DNA of 64,000 nucleotides. Source: Octopus vulgaris (lineage: Eukaryota). This document shows positions 1 to 11,786 of this stretch, piece by piece. The notes under the pieces are model-generated. The model was given only the letters and a program-made list of their open reading frames with translations. It made no database searches and was not told the origin of the DNA. Within the stretch, counting starts at the first letter, position 1. Every line of letters starts with the position of its first letter. Location of the stretch: NCBI GenBank assembly GCA_951406725.2, contig OX597832.1, positions 2,976,001-3,040,000 of the forward strand. Direction: 5' to 3'. The translations under genes were made by a program, and so were the position numbers.

Positions 1-1000
1 AAAGAAGCAAGTCTTTCTTCACTCAAGGCAATGTTTGTATTTTTGCTTGTTTGGTGTCGCAGCAAATCTGTGAGTGGTTGGGCTGTCTCTGCACAGTGAG
101 GGTAGAAATTCAAGAGGCCAAGAAATTCCCACAATTTGTGAAGATGATGTGTCCAAGAAAATGAAGGGGCGCAACTCTGAATGAACATTTGCTGGCATTG
201 ATAACAATATCATATTCGCACAGGCATTAGAATAGCAGGTGCAGGTGTTGTTCATGCTCTTCATCTGAGCTACTGGCCACGAGTAAGTCATCTATGTATG
301 CATAGACAAAAGGCAAACCTCTGGTAACTGTGTCTCTAAAACGGAACGTCTGTGCTGCGTTGCATAAACTGAAAGGCAAATATTCTGCTGCAGGGATTTA
401 ATTGTAAGCTTGCACAAGGTCGATCTTTGAAAAGATGCAAGCTCCATGCAGCGAGCTAGAAAAGTCCTGTAGATGAGGGATGCAATTACAGGAGGCACTC
501 GGGCTTCAGGACTGCCTTCTAAATCGACGCGATCGGCTGCTGCTTTGACAGTGGATACCAAGCAATAAGGATTGTATCTGTGATGCCTGCTGCATCATCA
601 ATGAGCGCAAGTCCGAAATTTCAGAACCACTGGTGAATGCCCTGTTGACCGTGGATGAGTTCGCTGCTGGTTTGTGTCCCAATAGAGCCATACTGTGACG
701 ACTAATTTTGCGGTTCTGACTTAGTGATGTGTGATGTTAAGGTTGTCATTCTTCATCAGGGTTACCAAATGTAGTGAGATATGAAGCAAAAGGTGTTGTT
801 GATGTAGCAGATGAAGATAGGCATGTTGACGACATCAAAGAAAACAATGAGGAAAGCATTAGATTGAGGTTTAAATAATTTATTTGATTGACACTTGCAT
901 TTACGTGTTGGATACACAAGGAAAGCTGCTACATGATGTTACCAACTTGCTTTCAGTTGACGAAGTAAAAAATGATCAGGAGAAATACTGTGTTGATGTG
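1..1000 (-). mobile_element. Degenerate Gypsy-like LTR retrotransposon 5' end (LTR, PBS, gag remnant)
   Basis: Minus strand ...ctaca-tt-TGGTAACCCTGA (LTR end plus PBS-like, 756-774), then broken gag-like frames (ILLSMPANVHSELRPFIFLD). Confidence 0.45.
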
Positions 1001-1075
1001 ATGAGGTAAACCTGGGCATGTTTTGTGTGTGTGCATTGGTCATTTGGTTGTGTCTGTTTATGTTCTGTTGCTGTG

Positions 1076-1438
1076 TTACTCTTTTACTCGTTTCAGTCAT
1101 TTGACTGCGGCGATGCTGGAGCACCGCCTTTAGTTGAACAAACCGACTCCAGAACTTATTCTTTGTCAATCTAGTACTTATTCCATTGGATTCTTTTGAT
1201 GAACTGCTAAGTTACGGGGACATAAACACATCAGCATAGGTTGTCAAGTGATGGTGGGGGTACAGACAGACACATATATACATGTGTGTGTGTGTGTATA
1301 TATTCCGTTTACTAAATCCACTCAAAAGACTTTGGTCAGCCCAAGGCTACAGTAGTAACACTTGCCCAAGGCACCATGTAGTGGGACTGAACCATGTGGT
1401 TTGGTAAGCAAGCTACTTACTACACAGCCACTCCTGTC
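1076..1438 (-). mobile_element. tRNA-derived SINE (octopus OR-type family)
   Basis: Reverse complement of the 4420-4773 element (gtggctgtgtagtaagtagcttgc...gactgaaac). Confidence 0.8.
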
Positions 1439-1617
1439 GTTTATGTTGAATATGTCACTTTTTGTTGGCTGCTTGACCCGTGCAAGTTAACTGCTGTCTG
1501 TCTGCTCATCTGTCATGTGTCTGTATTTAAAATCATCATCCTAGCTAGAAGAACAGACATACCATAAGAATAATTACTACCTATGTAGGTCACCTGTTGT
1601 CCACTTGATCCTTAAAT

Positions 1618-1897
1618 CAGTGCTTCTCAAACTATCTGATGTGGCATACCGGCAATCTTTTTACCCCAATATGTCAGGGACTGGTAATATTTCTTAGTAA
1701 TATTAATTTATACCGGAAACAATATATATAATGAATATAATAAAAGTTGACAATTTTTTATATCTTATATTTATTTTGTAAACAAATAATACATAAGCAT
1801 TTTATATTTCTTTCTTTTCTGGAAACTCGCAGTGTACCGGCAGCTGATGGCTCAAGGACCGGTACCGGTCCGTGGACCACCACTTTGAGTAGCACTG
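1618..1897. mobile_element. hAT (Charlie-like) MITE
   Basis: TIRs CAGTGCTTCTCAAA / TTTGAGTAGCACTG; perfect 8-bp TSD CCTTAAAT (1610-1617, 1898-1905). Confidence 0.9.
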
Positions 1898-2782
1898 CCT
1901 TAAATGACACAGCTCAAGTCAGAAGTCGAATGGAAATCCATCCATCACTTTTTGACAGGACAAAGAAATCTCTTTTGTGCCTGTTTGGCCAGTGGTGGAT
2001 CAGGCAGACGAGAATCCTTAGATTTGGTTTTGAAACTCAGCTCAGAAAAAGGAAGTGTTAGTTTTTAAACATATATACTCGTATTATTCCGTTTTTGGCA
2101 CTTTGAAATGTTATTAGAACTTTTAAGGGACGGCCAAATAAACATCCACCCCGGGGGCACTTATACTAGGTACACCACTGGAGACACGATGTTATTTTTT
2201 GATAAATTAATAAAAACGTTATAAAACTTTTAAAGATGAAAATGTTTAATGAAAGAAAAGGAAACAAAACAAATAATTATGATTTGCAACAGAATTTTGC
2301 TATCCATAACCGATTCCAACAGTGGGGATGTGCTAAAACCAACAGCTAAAACGACCTTAATTTTTTTCCATAATGAAACCGTGTTCTACAATGTATTTAT
2401 GAATTTGTCCCGCTCACCATGATACATGGGATCTCGTTTAAAACCTTTTTCTATTACTCAAACGAAAAATAAATGAATCTAAAAATTTTTTCTAACATTA
2501 ATTTTATTACACTCAAGTAAAAAAATAATTTACGAGTTTCTTTCTCTTCGAAAGTTCTCTCCCCACTCCCTGAGGAAAAAACTTTCGGTGTTTTTTTTGT
2601 TATCTCACCCCCATTAAAAAGTTGACTTTATGTGGCGACAAGAGATTGAATTAAAAGAGTTAGATCCTTTTGATTCAATACTTCAACACATTGTTGACTT
2701 TTGGCCTCCTCAATAGGCATGGTATGATTTGTTATCATACATGTTATCAGATTCAATAAGATGTTTAATTCTTTCAGTTTTG

Positions 2783-3202
2783 GGCGATCTTTCGTCTCTA
2801 GTAGACCTTCCCGTCGATTTCCGTAAAAAAAATTTTTTTTTTACATATGGGCTTGCGGGAACTTTTGAAGTAATGAGAGCGAAAGAGACTAAGAGAAAGC
2901 GCTTGTATGACGAGGGAAGTTCTTTTGAAGTTACCGTGCATGGGAGCATTGATGGACATGTGTGTGTGCGTGTGTTTGATGGGGTGTGGGAGACAGACAG
3001 TATGTTGTGTAAGTGAAGTGCTTCTGTTAGTGTGTGTGAAGAGACAGAGTAATGTGTGAAAGAAAGAGATAACTGAAATTTTTTACTCGGTGTATGTGTA
3101 TATGTATGTATATTACTTCAAAAGTTCCCGCAAGCCCATATGTAAAAAAAAAAAAATTTTACGGAAATCGACGGAAAGGTCTACTAGAGACGAAAGATCG
3201 CC
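2783..3202. mobile_element. MITE with about 90-bp TIRs, Merlin-like
   Basis: GGCGATCTTTCGTCTCTAGTAGACC... / ...GGTCTACTAGAGACGAAAGATCGCC; perfect 8-bp TSD CAGTTTTG (2775-2782, 3203-3210). The superfamily call rests only on GG termini and the 8-bp TSD. Confidence 0.85.
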
Positions 3203-4419
3203 CAGTTTTGTATGATTTGCTACAAAAATATCAAATTCAATAAGATGTTTAATCTTTCCACTTTTCATGTTTGTTAATTTTTTCCTTTTAATTTTGTTTC
3301 ATTTAGGGTTAAACAATTTTTTAGTTGGGGAGATAACCCAATTTTTTAAAGGGGATGAGATAACCAAAAAAGTACCAAATTTTCCTCACTAATTTCTTTA
3401 TAATCGTAATTTATGCCGTTTGAAATGTATTTAAATAAAATTTCATTGAAAAATATTCATTTTCCTAAAAGTTATGAGGGAAAAAAATCGGATCGAGTGA
3501 ACTTTCCGAAAGTCCTCTCCCCGTTCGTTGGCGCAAATTTGTTTTCATATTCGTTTAATACATATTTCATTTTACACCTATTACACTTGCTTTTTTTGTT
3601 TTGGTGGCGGGTGTTGAAGTAAATATTAACCCATCCGATTAATCCTAAAACTAACCCCAAGATAGTAGGTTGCTAGGGGAACACATACGTTTAACATCTG
3701 CTGGATGGTATGTTGAAAATGGGTAAATATGATTCGCTAAAATTACGAAAATCTTCAAGCTTTAAAGGTTCACAACACTTTTACTGTTAATTTCTCTCCC
3801 AAATAGTCTTTCATTTTCGTAATTTGCACGAACAATTACTTTTGTTTAGAAATTTTCAATGAAATTGGAACCAGTGTGTCTAATAGAAAAGATCTTGTAT
3901 ATATTTGTTTTTAAATAAAAATGGATCATGCGTGGAACGCTTTGAGAAGATGCGAAGTTCATGACCGGAATATTTTTAAAAAGCAACACGGTCATAGTTG
4001 GGACGGTTTTGAATTCAAGCATCTGGACACAGAAATGTGTGTGTGCGCATTCGAGCTCGCACGAATCCACACAATGCGCAAAGAAAAAGATCTATTTTTA
4101 ATCACGAAAATTTTCTGTTTCGAATCCTAAGTTACGAAATATTCCTTCTCCCCCACTCCACCCCACAGCGTTAGTATTGAAGTCGAAAATTATTCATTGC
4201 ACCCCAGAACCTAATTCCAGCACGACAAATATCTGGAATACACACTTGACTCTATTTAATGTGATGGTGGTGATGATGGGAGGGGCTATAAAATTGGTAC
4301 ATTTTGATATGGGTCCGGGCTAATGCTTTCTCCCTTAAAATAAAAAAAAAAAAGATCCAAAAATTTAGAGACAATGATTCCTCGAAAATATCCATAACTT
4401 TAAAAAAAATACATTTATA

Positions 4420-4520
4420 GGCGCAGGAGTGGCTGTGTGGTAAGTAGCTTCTGCTATAGCTCCGGGCCGACCAATGCCTTGTGAGTGGATTTGGTAGACG
4501 GAAACTGAAAGAAGCCTGTC

Positions 4521-4587
<67 letters not shown>

Positions 4588-4773
4588 TCCTCCTAGCATT
4601 GCTTGACAACCGATGCTGGTGTGTTTACGTCACCGTCACGTAGCGGTTCGGCAAAAGAGACCGATAGAATAAGTACTGGGCTTACAAAGAATAAGTCCCG
4701 GGGTCGATTTGCTCGACTAAAGGCGGTGCTCCAGCATGGCCGCAGTCAAATGACTGAAACAAGTAAAAGAGTA
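4420..4773 (+). mobile_element. tRNA-derived SINE with internal (TA)n(TG)n microsatellite
   Basis: A-box-like head ggcgcaggagtggctgtgtggtaag, body gatagaataagtact, tail gactgaaacaagtaaaagag; several copies in the window. Confidence 0.85.
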
Positions 4774-5231
4774 TAAAAACTTCCGAAATATGACAAAACT
4801 GAAAACAGCTAAGATTTTACTGTAGCAGACGACTCACGAAACATGTGTAATCTCAGATTGGCGCAGTTTTGGAAAGGAGGAAAAGGGTAAAGAATTAGGA
4901 TTATTTCCTTCTGTGAAAGAATTTTTGTCCAAAAATTTAATTTTATTTTTTGCCCCGCTGCCAATACCATATTCTTTTTATAATCTCACAAGATTCTATA
5001 TATATATATAGTCGTCTATTAGACCATAAGTAGGGGAGAAGATGCGCTCATATAACTGTTAGTAGAGTGGGTATATTATCCGAATTTTATACTATTAAGT
5101 ATCCGTCCCTTCTATGTCGGCTACCTATGATGAGCCTATTTATGTAATTTGTTTGTTGCTTAACACTCCATTGTACTTTTTCGCGAAACCAAATACTAGA
5201 AAATTCGAATATATATATATATATATTTGCA

Positions 5232-5795
5232 TCACCGATCTGGAACCCCTATCTTGCCCAGGATATTAATAGTCTGGAAGCCGTTCAGCAACGTGCAACC
5301 AAGAGAATACCCTCCATCAGGCATTTGCCATATTCTGAATGCCTTACCTCCCTGGGCATGGATACATTGAAACTCCGACGTCTGGCAGCTGACTTGGCAG
5401 ACACCCATAAAGTTATCAACCATCTTACTAACAATAACTCTGAGCACCTTTTCAAACTCCACCTGTCTAACACCCGTGGACATGTTTACAAAGTCAGAAA
5501 ACAGCACAGCTCCCATGACTTTCGGAAACATTTTTTCACGCTGAGAGTTGCTGAAGCATGGAACAAACTGCCGGCATCGGTTGTTAGTTGTTGGAGCACT
5601 GCATCCTTCAAAACTTCCATGCTTCCTGAGATTCGCCAACACTACACCTGATTTCCTCCCCTCCATACACATGCAAGCATGTATCTGACCCATACATTGT
5701 TAACTTCTCAGACATTTGTACATTACTGCATATGCTTTATACGCACTTTTGACAAGTTGTGGTGCACCAGAGCACTGTATACAATAATTTCATTA
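5232..5795 (+). mobile_element. CR1/L2-clade LINE, 5'-truncated 3' end of ORF2 plus 3' UTR
   Basis: LEAVQQRATKRIPSIRHLPYSECL...LKLRRL...TRGH...FFTLRVAEAWNKLP is the typical CR1 ORF2 C-terminus; sits in (TA)n. Confidence 0.85.
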
Positions 5796-6479
5796 TATAT
5801 ATATATTATATATAGATATATATATCGGATGGAAGTAAATAATACGCACACCACCCGTTTTCAGTGTAACCCTAAACGCCGAAAACTTGTGGTGTGCGTA
5901 TACTTTACCCCAAATGTCATTTTACATTTTGCCCCCTGCCCCCACATTTCAGTACCATTTTCTTTCTCAAAAAATAAAATGTAAAAAGTTAAATCATTGT
6001 CAAAGTATTCCACCTTTTGTGTACCAAGACACTTTTTAAAAAAGTTTTACGAACATAAACCTAAGTTTACAACCTACACAATTATGCACACCATCTCCGA
6101 ATTTATTTCCTCAGAAACTTAAAAATTGGATATTTTTAAAGGAAACTTTCTACAAATAGCTTTCATATGGTAGTCAGAACCAGATTATATTGTAATTTAA
6201 TGCAGAAAAAATTTAAATTTTGAGAGCACAAACATGCATACATACTGATACATCACATATCTACAAAATTAAACTTGAAATTTTGAAAAATTGTGGTGTG
6301 TCAATCAGCATGTATGTGTGCACGCCTACCATTTTTTTTTTTTTTTTTAATCTTTCATTAAATTTCGATATAATCGGAATTTATATCATCTGAAAGGTAT
6401 TTGTAGAAAATTTCATGAAAAACTTTTTTTTTTTCTGAAAAACAAAGTCGAGGGGGCACAATGAAGTAGGTATGCTAAT

Positions 6480-7060
6480 TCAAGTCATCTTCGTATAGCA
6501 GAATAGTCCGGCAGATTTAGTTTTTTTTTTTACCTATGACATTTTCGGTCTGTGGCAGACTGGTGAAATTAACAAAAAGGGTATATACTATCTTTGAATT
6601 ATAACTATTTCTAAAGATTTTAGCAAAACCGCAGAAAACCATGTAATCAAGTTCGCAAATATGAACAAGCTCGTTTGCCGCGGCAAAACAAGATAGTTTA
6701 CGTTTCAAGCAGAGCCAGTTCTAAATTATTTGGCTAAAGTTACATTCGCCAAAGGTTTTATAAAATGTATAAATAAATACAAGTTTAACTACACATCTGG
6801 AAAAAAAAGTCAAGAGCAATTTCCTTTGTCTTGGAAAGCAAAAATACATATATATTTACCTTTGGCATCGTTGTTTTACAATAACTAAATAGATAGATTG
6901 AATTTTCAAACGACGTGGGGAAGTAAGCTTCGTCGATCACGTGATTAATTTGTCGTAAAATCTCGGTTATTTCCGTGGTACTTCCCGCCAGAAATGCATT
7001 GAACTGTTTTTGGATTATATATTTTGTCAACATCTCACGGTTTGTGTTTTTTTTTAAAAC
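6480..7060. promoter_or_regulatory. Candidate (possibly bidirectional) promoter region upstream of SA/STAG
   Basis: Local CpG enrichment in a CpG-poor background, not obviously repetitive; E2F-like TTCCCGCC at 6982-6989; splice-donor-like sites on both strands. The first coding exon has an acceptor, so an upstream non-coding exon must exist. Confidence 0.4.
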
Positions 7061-10000
7061 AATTTATTTATATATTGGAAGTATTTATTCCCAGCTATAT
7101 CTTTAGCCAAGAAACTCATTTTCTTTAAATGTATTTGATTTTGTTTTGTTGGATACTATTAATTGTGCTTAAATGAACCTACTTTCTAAAATGGTGGAAT
7201 CTTTATTGATAGTGTTATTGTATTATTATTTGTTTGGGTTTTTCAAATACGCGTCAGACTTTGAAAGTAGTTTTTGTGTAATTCTCTTGCTAGTTTCAAC
7301 TAGTTGGCTGTGGACCCTTGAATTTTCTTTCTAAAACAAGCAATAAATATAGATTTGGATATTTTCTCACTGAATATATCCATATTTTTCTATTCACGAA
7401 AACAACCATTCTTATGCGTAAATATTTTTAGATGCTGTATTCGTCACTTAGAATCTTACAGTTTATCTCAGTAAACCTCAATGGGATTATAGTTTATTTC
7501 ATTATTTCGTTTTGTTTTATTATATTACACACTGGTGCTTTCTTTCAAAAATGAAACACTGTTACAACACAGGTTATATTTTATGAATTGAAAACAATCC
7601 TAAAATGTAAGCACTATTTTTTAAAATTATTTCATAAATATAACGAATTATTTCCTATTCCTGGATTAAATCAATATTATCTGCTCTTGCTTGAAAACAA
7701 GCACAAATAATATTAATTAAGATTGGTGAGCCGTTTCGTTTATAGGAAGGAAAAACGTCTGGAATTCAGTTTACTCAATAGCTTCCCGTTATAATTATAT
7801 ATCAGTGATTAAGGATATTTAATTTTTGTCTTGGACATATATTTTCTCTGTATATGAAGTCAATTACAATTTCAACTCACGATCTTAGTTTTTAACACGC
7901 AACACTAAAAATTATGCACCTGCTTACCTCAACTTACGTCAGTAATTGGTTCCAAGACATGCGACTTAAATCGGAAAACGACGTAACACGAAAAAAGAAA
8001 GACTTGAAAGATTTATTTGCTTCATACTTGTTTTACTTGTGTACATGTTTTCGCATTAATAAACGAAGTCGAAAAAGATTAACTCGAAACGATGTAAGTT
8101 AAGGTATGCTTCTGTGTGTGTATTTGTCCCAACATGTCCACAGTCAAAGAATAAATGATCAAATGGTTAATATTTACAAGTATACCGGCACGAAAAAAAA
8201 TCGCTTTTTTTTTTTTTTTTCAGCGGATTCCTATGTTTTCGATGATGGAAATTCTGAATATGCCAAAAACCATGTTCTCAAAATTTTCGATTACCTCCTC
8301 CCCACCCCAATTTAAAAACATTTTTTAGCTTTTTTCGAATTTTTTTTTCAATCTGCGTTGGAAAATATGGAGATTAAGAATATGGAAGAAAAAATTAATT
8401 TCAAATTTTCTATGAGGAAACTCCAAAATTGATTCATACACCCCTCGCTAGGCCATCCCGCTGTCTAAAAGTGAAAATGAACGGCTTGTGTGTTTGTGCG
8501 CGTTTGCGAATGAACAGAGAAAATACACCGAAATATGTTTTACATACCTGTCGTATACGTCGGTTTTGCTTTTTCGCTTTAAAGGTAAACGGTCCTGATA
8601 GAAGCAAACACGATATTGAATAATATGTTTGTGTTCTTCATTCAGAAAGAATAAAAACTTCATGGGACTTGCATCCCTATGTTACCGTCCAGTGTTTACT
8701 ATCTTCAACTGTGTCAGTTGCTCCCATGAGCTCTACACATCTCTCATCTATTGGACTGCAAATTTTCTGTCAGGCTGCTTTTTTGTGATATGTTAATAGC
8801 CTCTCCCCGATCACTCAGTAGTGCATCTCTTGATTCAGTCATTTGAGATGCTTGAAGTGAGGTCAATTTAACTATTAATCCTAATTATACCCATTACTCC
8901 TTAATATTATCCACACAGGCATCATCCATATGCAACCTCACAGTTGTTTTGCGCTGCTTCCATGATGTGGGACCTAGGAAATTGCCACATACAGGACACT
9001 ACAACCTAATCTCCTTCAACAAAATCATGACTCATTACATATTACAGGATGTGTCACACTATCCTTTCTGTGCATCAACAACTCATTAAAACTTTCAAAA
9101 TGCTATAACTGTTAAGCCACAATATTTGATAACCTTACACATTGATCAAATTATGTGTTGCTAAAACTTCATCCAAAAGATTTCTTCAAGGCCAGAAAAA
9201 TTACTTTGGCTTTCCTAAATCTGATCCTCTATGAAGGAAAGTGCCACCTAGGGTGGTCCTGTTGCTACACAAATGTTCTTGTCAAGACCTGACAAAATCA
9301 AATATAACAAAATGATATTATCCCAAGCTTGCTAATATATTGTTTCAATCTTTCTACATCTACTGCAATGGGTTCTATTCCTCTAAATTGTAGCTAAACC
9401 TCTACCCAGGTTTTCAGATACACTCATATGCCATTCTTCCTGTTCTGTCTCATTCCACATTCTCACATTAAATACTTTGCTCAATACTCCATCTCAGAAC
9501 TCTGAATTTCATCATTGCTTATTTTTTGTCTATAATCCTCAGCCTATAGAAGTACAAACTAAATCTCAGCCTCACCAGCCTTGGTGAGTTTGCAGAGGAC
9601 AAAGCTGCTGCCATTCTTCCTTGTAAAAATTAAAGCTATAACACCTTTTACACATGTTACTATGCAACTCAGTCACTTATGAGCCAGTGAGGGACCATCC
9701 ACATGGGCACTCAGCCTGCTAGAAAAGCATCCAAATCTTTCCTAAACACATTCTCCTGTTTGAAAAAAGAGACAACTCATTTAATGTAGTCTGGAGTATA
9801 CTGTGCTTAGGAGGAAAACTGGATAGTCATGAATGGAATGCCATCATTCAAAGTTTTATTTTGTTAAGGCTGATCTGGGTGAAACAACTTTGTTTCCTAC
9901 ATACTGGCCTTACCCACAAGTGGCCTCAATACTTTTCTGTAAACATGAATTGGGGAATTGGTAAAGAAAACATGTCCACTGATGAACAGCTCACTTCTAA

Positions 10001-10984
10001 AATGCTAAAATGTTGAGCCTTTCAATTTCTGATCTTTCAGGTATCGTAATGAACCAATATGCATCACTTTTTCAGAATTGTTAATCCTTGAAGATGTAGT
10101 AGACTACATTCATCATCCAGTTTAACAGCACCAGCTAAGCTCATGATTGACTTTCGCTGGGTACTTTCTCTCTCTGTGGGAAGTATTAAACCCTGTGGTC
10201 ACTATTTTGAAGATACTTATCTCCTTCCTTTGGAGGCTCTGCAAAGAATCATGGACAATGCCATCCTCTTTCTGACTATCATCATCATCCTTTAATGTCT
10301 ATTTTCCATGCTGGCATGGGTTGGACTGTTTGGCCAGAGCTGGCAAGCAGGATAGCTGTACTAGGTTCCTGTCTGATTTGGCTTGGTTTTTACCAGTCAA
10401 TAAAAAAAAATGAATATCAAGACATAAAACCACTTTCCATTAAAATACCTTCCTCCCTTTCTAGTTCTGGAGCAAATTCCCAGAATCTGTTTCATAAAGC
10501 AAACCTTCATTGTTATTTCTATATTGATTTTGTTAACTAATCACATTTCCATAAACCCATTTCATTCACCTTTCTCCAGCGACTTCACTCATCCGTAATT
10601 GCTGCCTTGCTTATCAACTCCAAGTATTCAGATAGAATTAACCTCACCTATAATCCCTATGTGATATCCTCTGCTTAGAAACGTAAAGAAATCGTCAATG
10701 CTCCAAACCTAAAAGCTCAATAAATACTAAAATGCATTATTTGTGAAAACAAGCACTATTCTTTTTTTTTTTATCAGTACATGGAGTTAGAAGTAACAAT
10801 AGTCTGCAGTGTTACTTTTCTGTGAGAAATATTAATTTTTTCTCTTTAGGGCAACTATACTATCATTTACATACATTATAAATATTTATATTTTGAATGT
10901 AATATTCCTTGGTCATGTTTATGTCTTCCATTAGACTATTATATGAACTGAACTTGACTATGTAAAAAGTTATGGTAAACTCTG

Positions 10985-11342
10985 CAGGCATGGCTGAGTG
11001 GTTTAGAAGCTCACTTCACAACCACATGGTTTCAGGTTCAACCCCACTGTGTGGCACCTTGGGAAAATGCCTTCTACTATAACCCTGGCCTGACTGATGC
11101 CATATGAGTGAATTTGGAGGTTGAAACTACGTATAAGCCTGTGATGTATGTATATGTGTGTGTCTGTCTCCCTACCACTGTTTGACAACCAGTGTTGGTT
11201 TGTTTATGTCTCCATAACTTATCAGTTTAGCAAAAGAAACTGAGGAGATAAGTACCATACTCAAAAGTACTGGGGTTAATTTGTTTGACTAAGGTGGTTC
11301 CCCTGTATGACGAGCCCAGTGACTGAAGCAAGTAAAAGATAA
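10985..11342 (+). mobile_element. tRNA-derived SINE, diverged copy, ending about 100 nt upstream of the first coding exon
   Basis: Same head, body and tail as 4420-4773. Confidence 0.8.
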
Positions 11343-11442
11343 TTGTTTTTGTATTGGCACAACATTTACGAATCGTAAAGTATTTGATATTTATTTTTTT
11401 AAAAACAAATGTTTAAATCGCTATTTTTCTATTTATTTAGTG

Positions 11443-11786
11443 ATGCCTGGTGCAAGACCCACACGGAAGGCGAAGGAAAATGCCAGAGAAGTTGCCCTTG
11501 CTGTTGCTAACAATGGGAAGATTCCGAGAAAAAGATTACAACCAATTGCTGAACAGGAAATTGTTCCTGTTATCCCCTCAAATATGCCATCAGGTCTTCC
11601 TCAAGGGCTACCTCAAGCAATACCACAAGGAATTCCATCTACAATCCCCCATGATTTCCAGCAAGTCATTGCTCATGATATCTCACAGACAATTCCTCTA
11701 AGTATTCCACAAGTCATACCACAACCAGTACCACCAGTACCTCAAGAATCCAATGAGACTTTAGATGTACCACCAGAACTGTCCAT
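11443..11786 (+). CDS. STAG1/2: SA/STAG first coding exon (exon starts 11441, ATG 11443); basic then Pro/Gln-rich N-terminus
   Basis: Acceptor tttctatttatttag ends 11440; donor gttagt at 11787; phase 2 joins in frame to 15497. [32 protein letters not shown]...PPELS. Assigned by frame continuity, not by recognisable homology. Confidence 0.75.

Noticed and set aside
7900-8110. Second CpG-containing patch with TTACGTCA (CRE-like) and gtaagt/gtatgc donors as an alternative first exon
   Set aside because: Plausible, but cannot be distinguished from the 6.5-7.0 kb candidate or from repeat sequence without transcript data.
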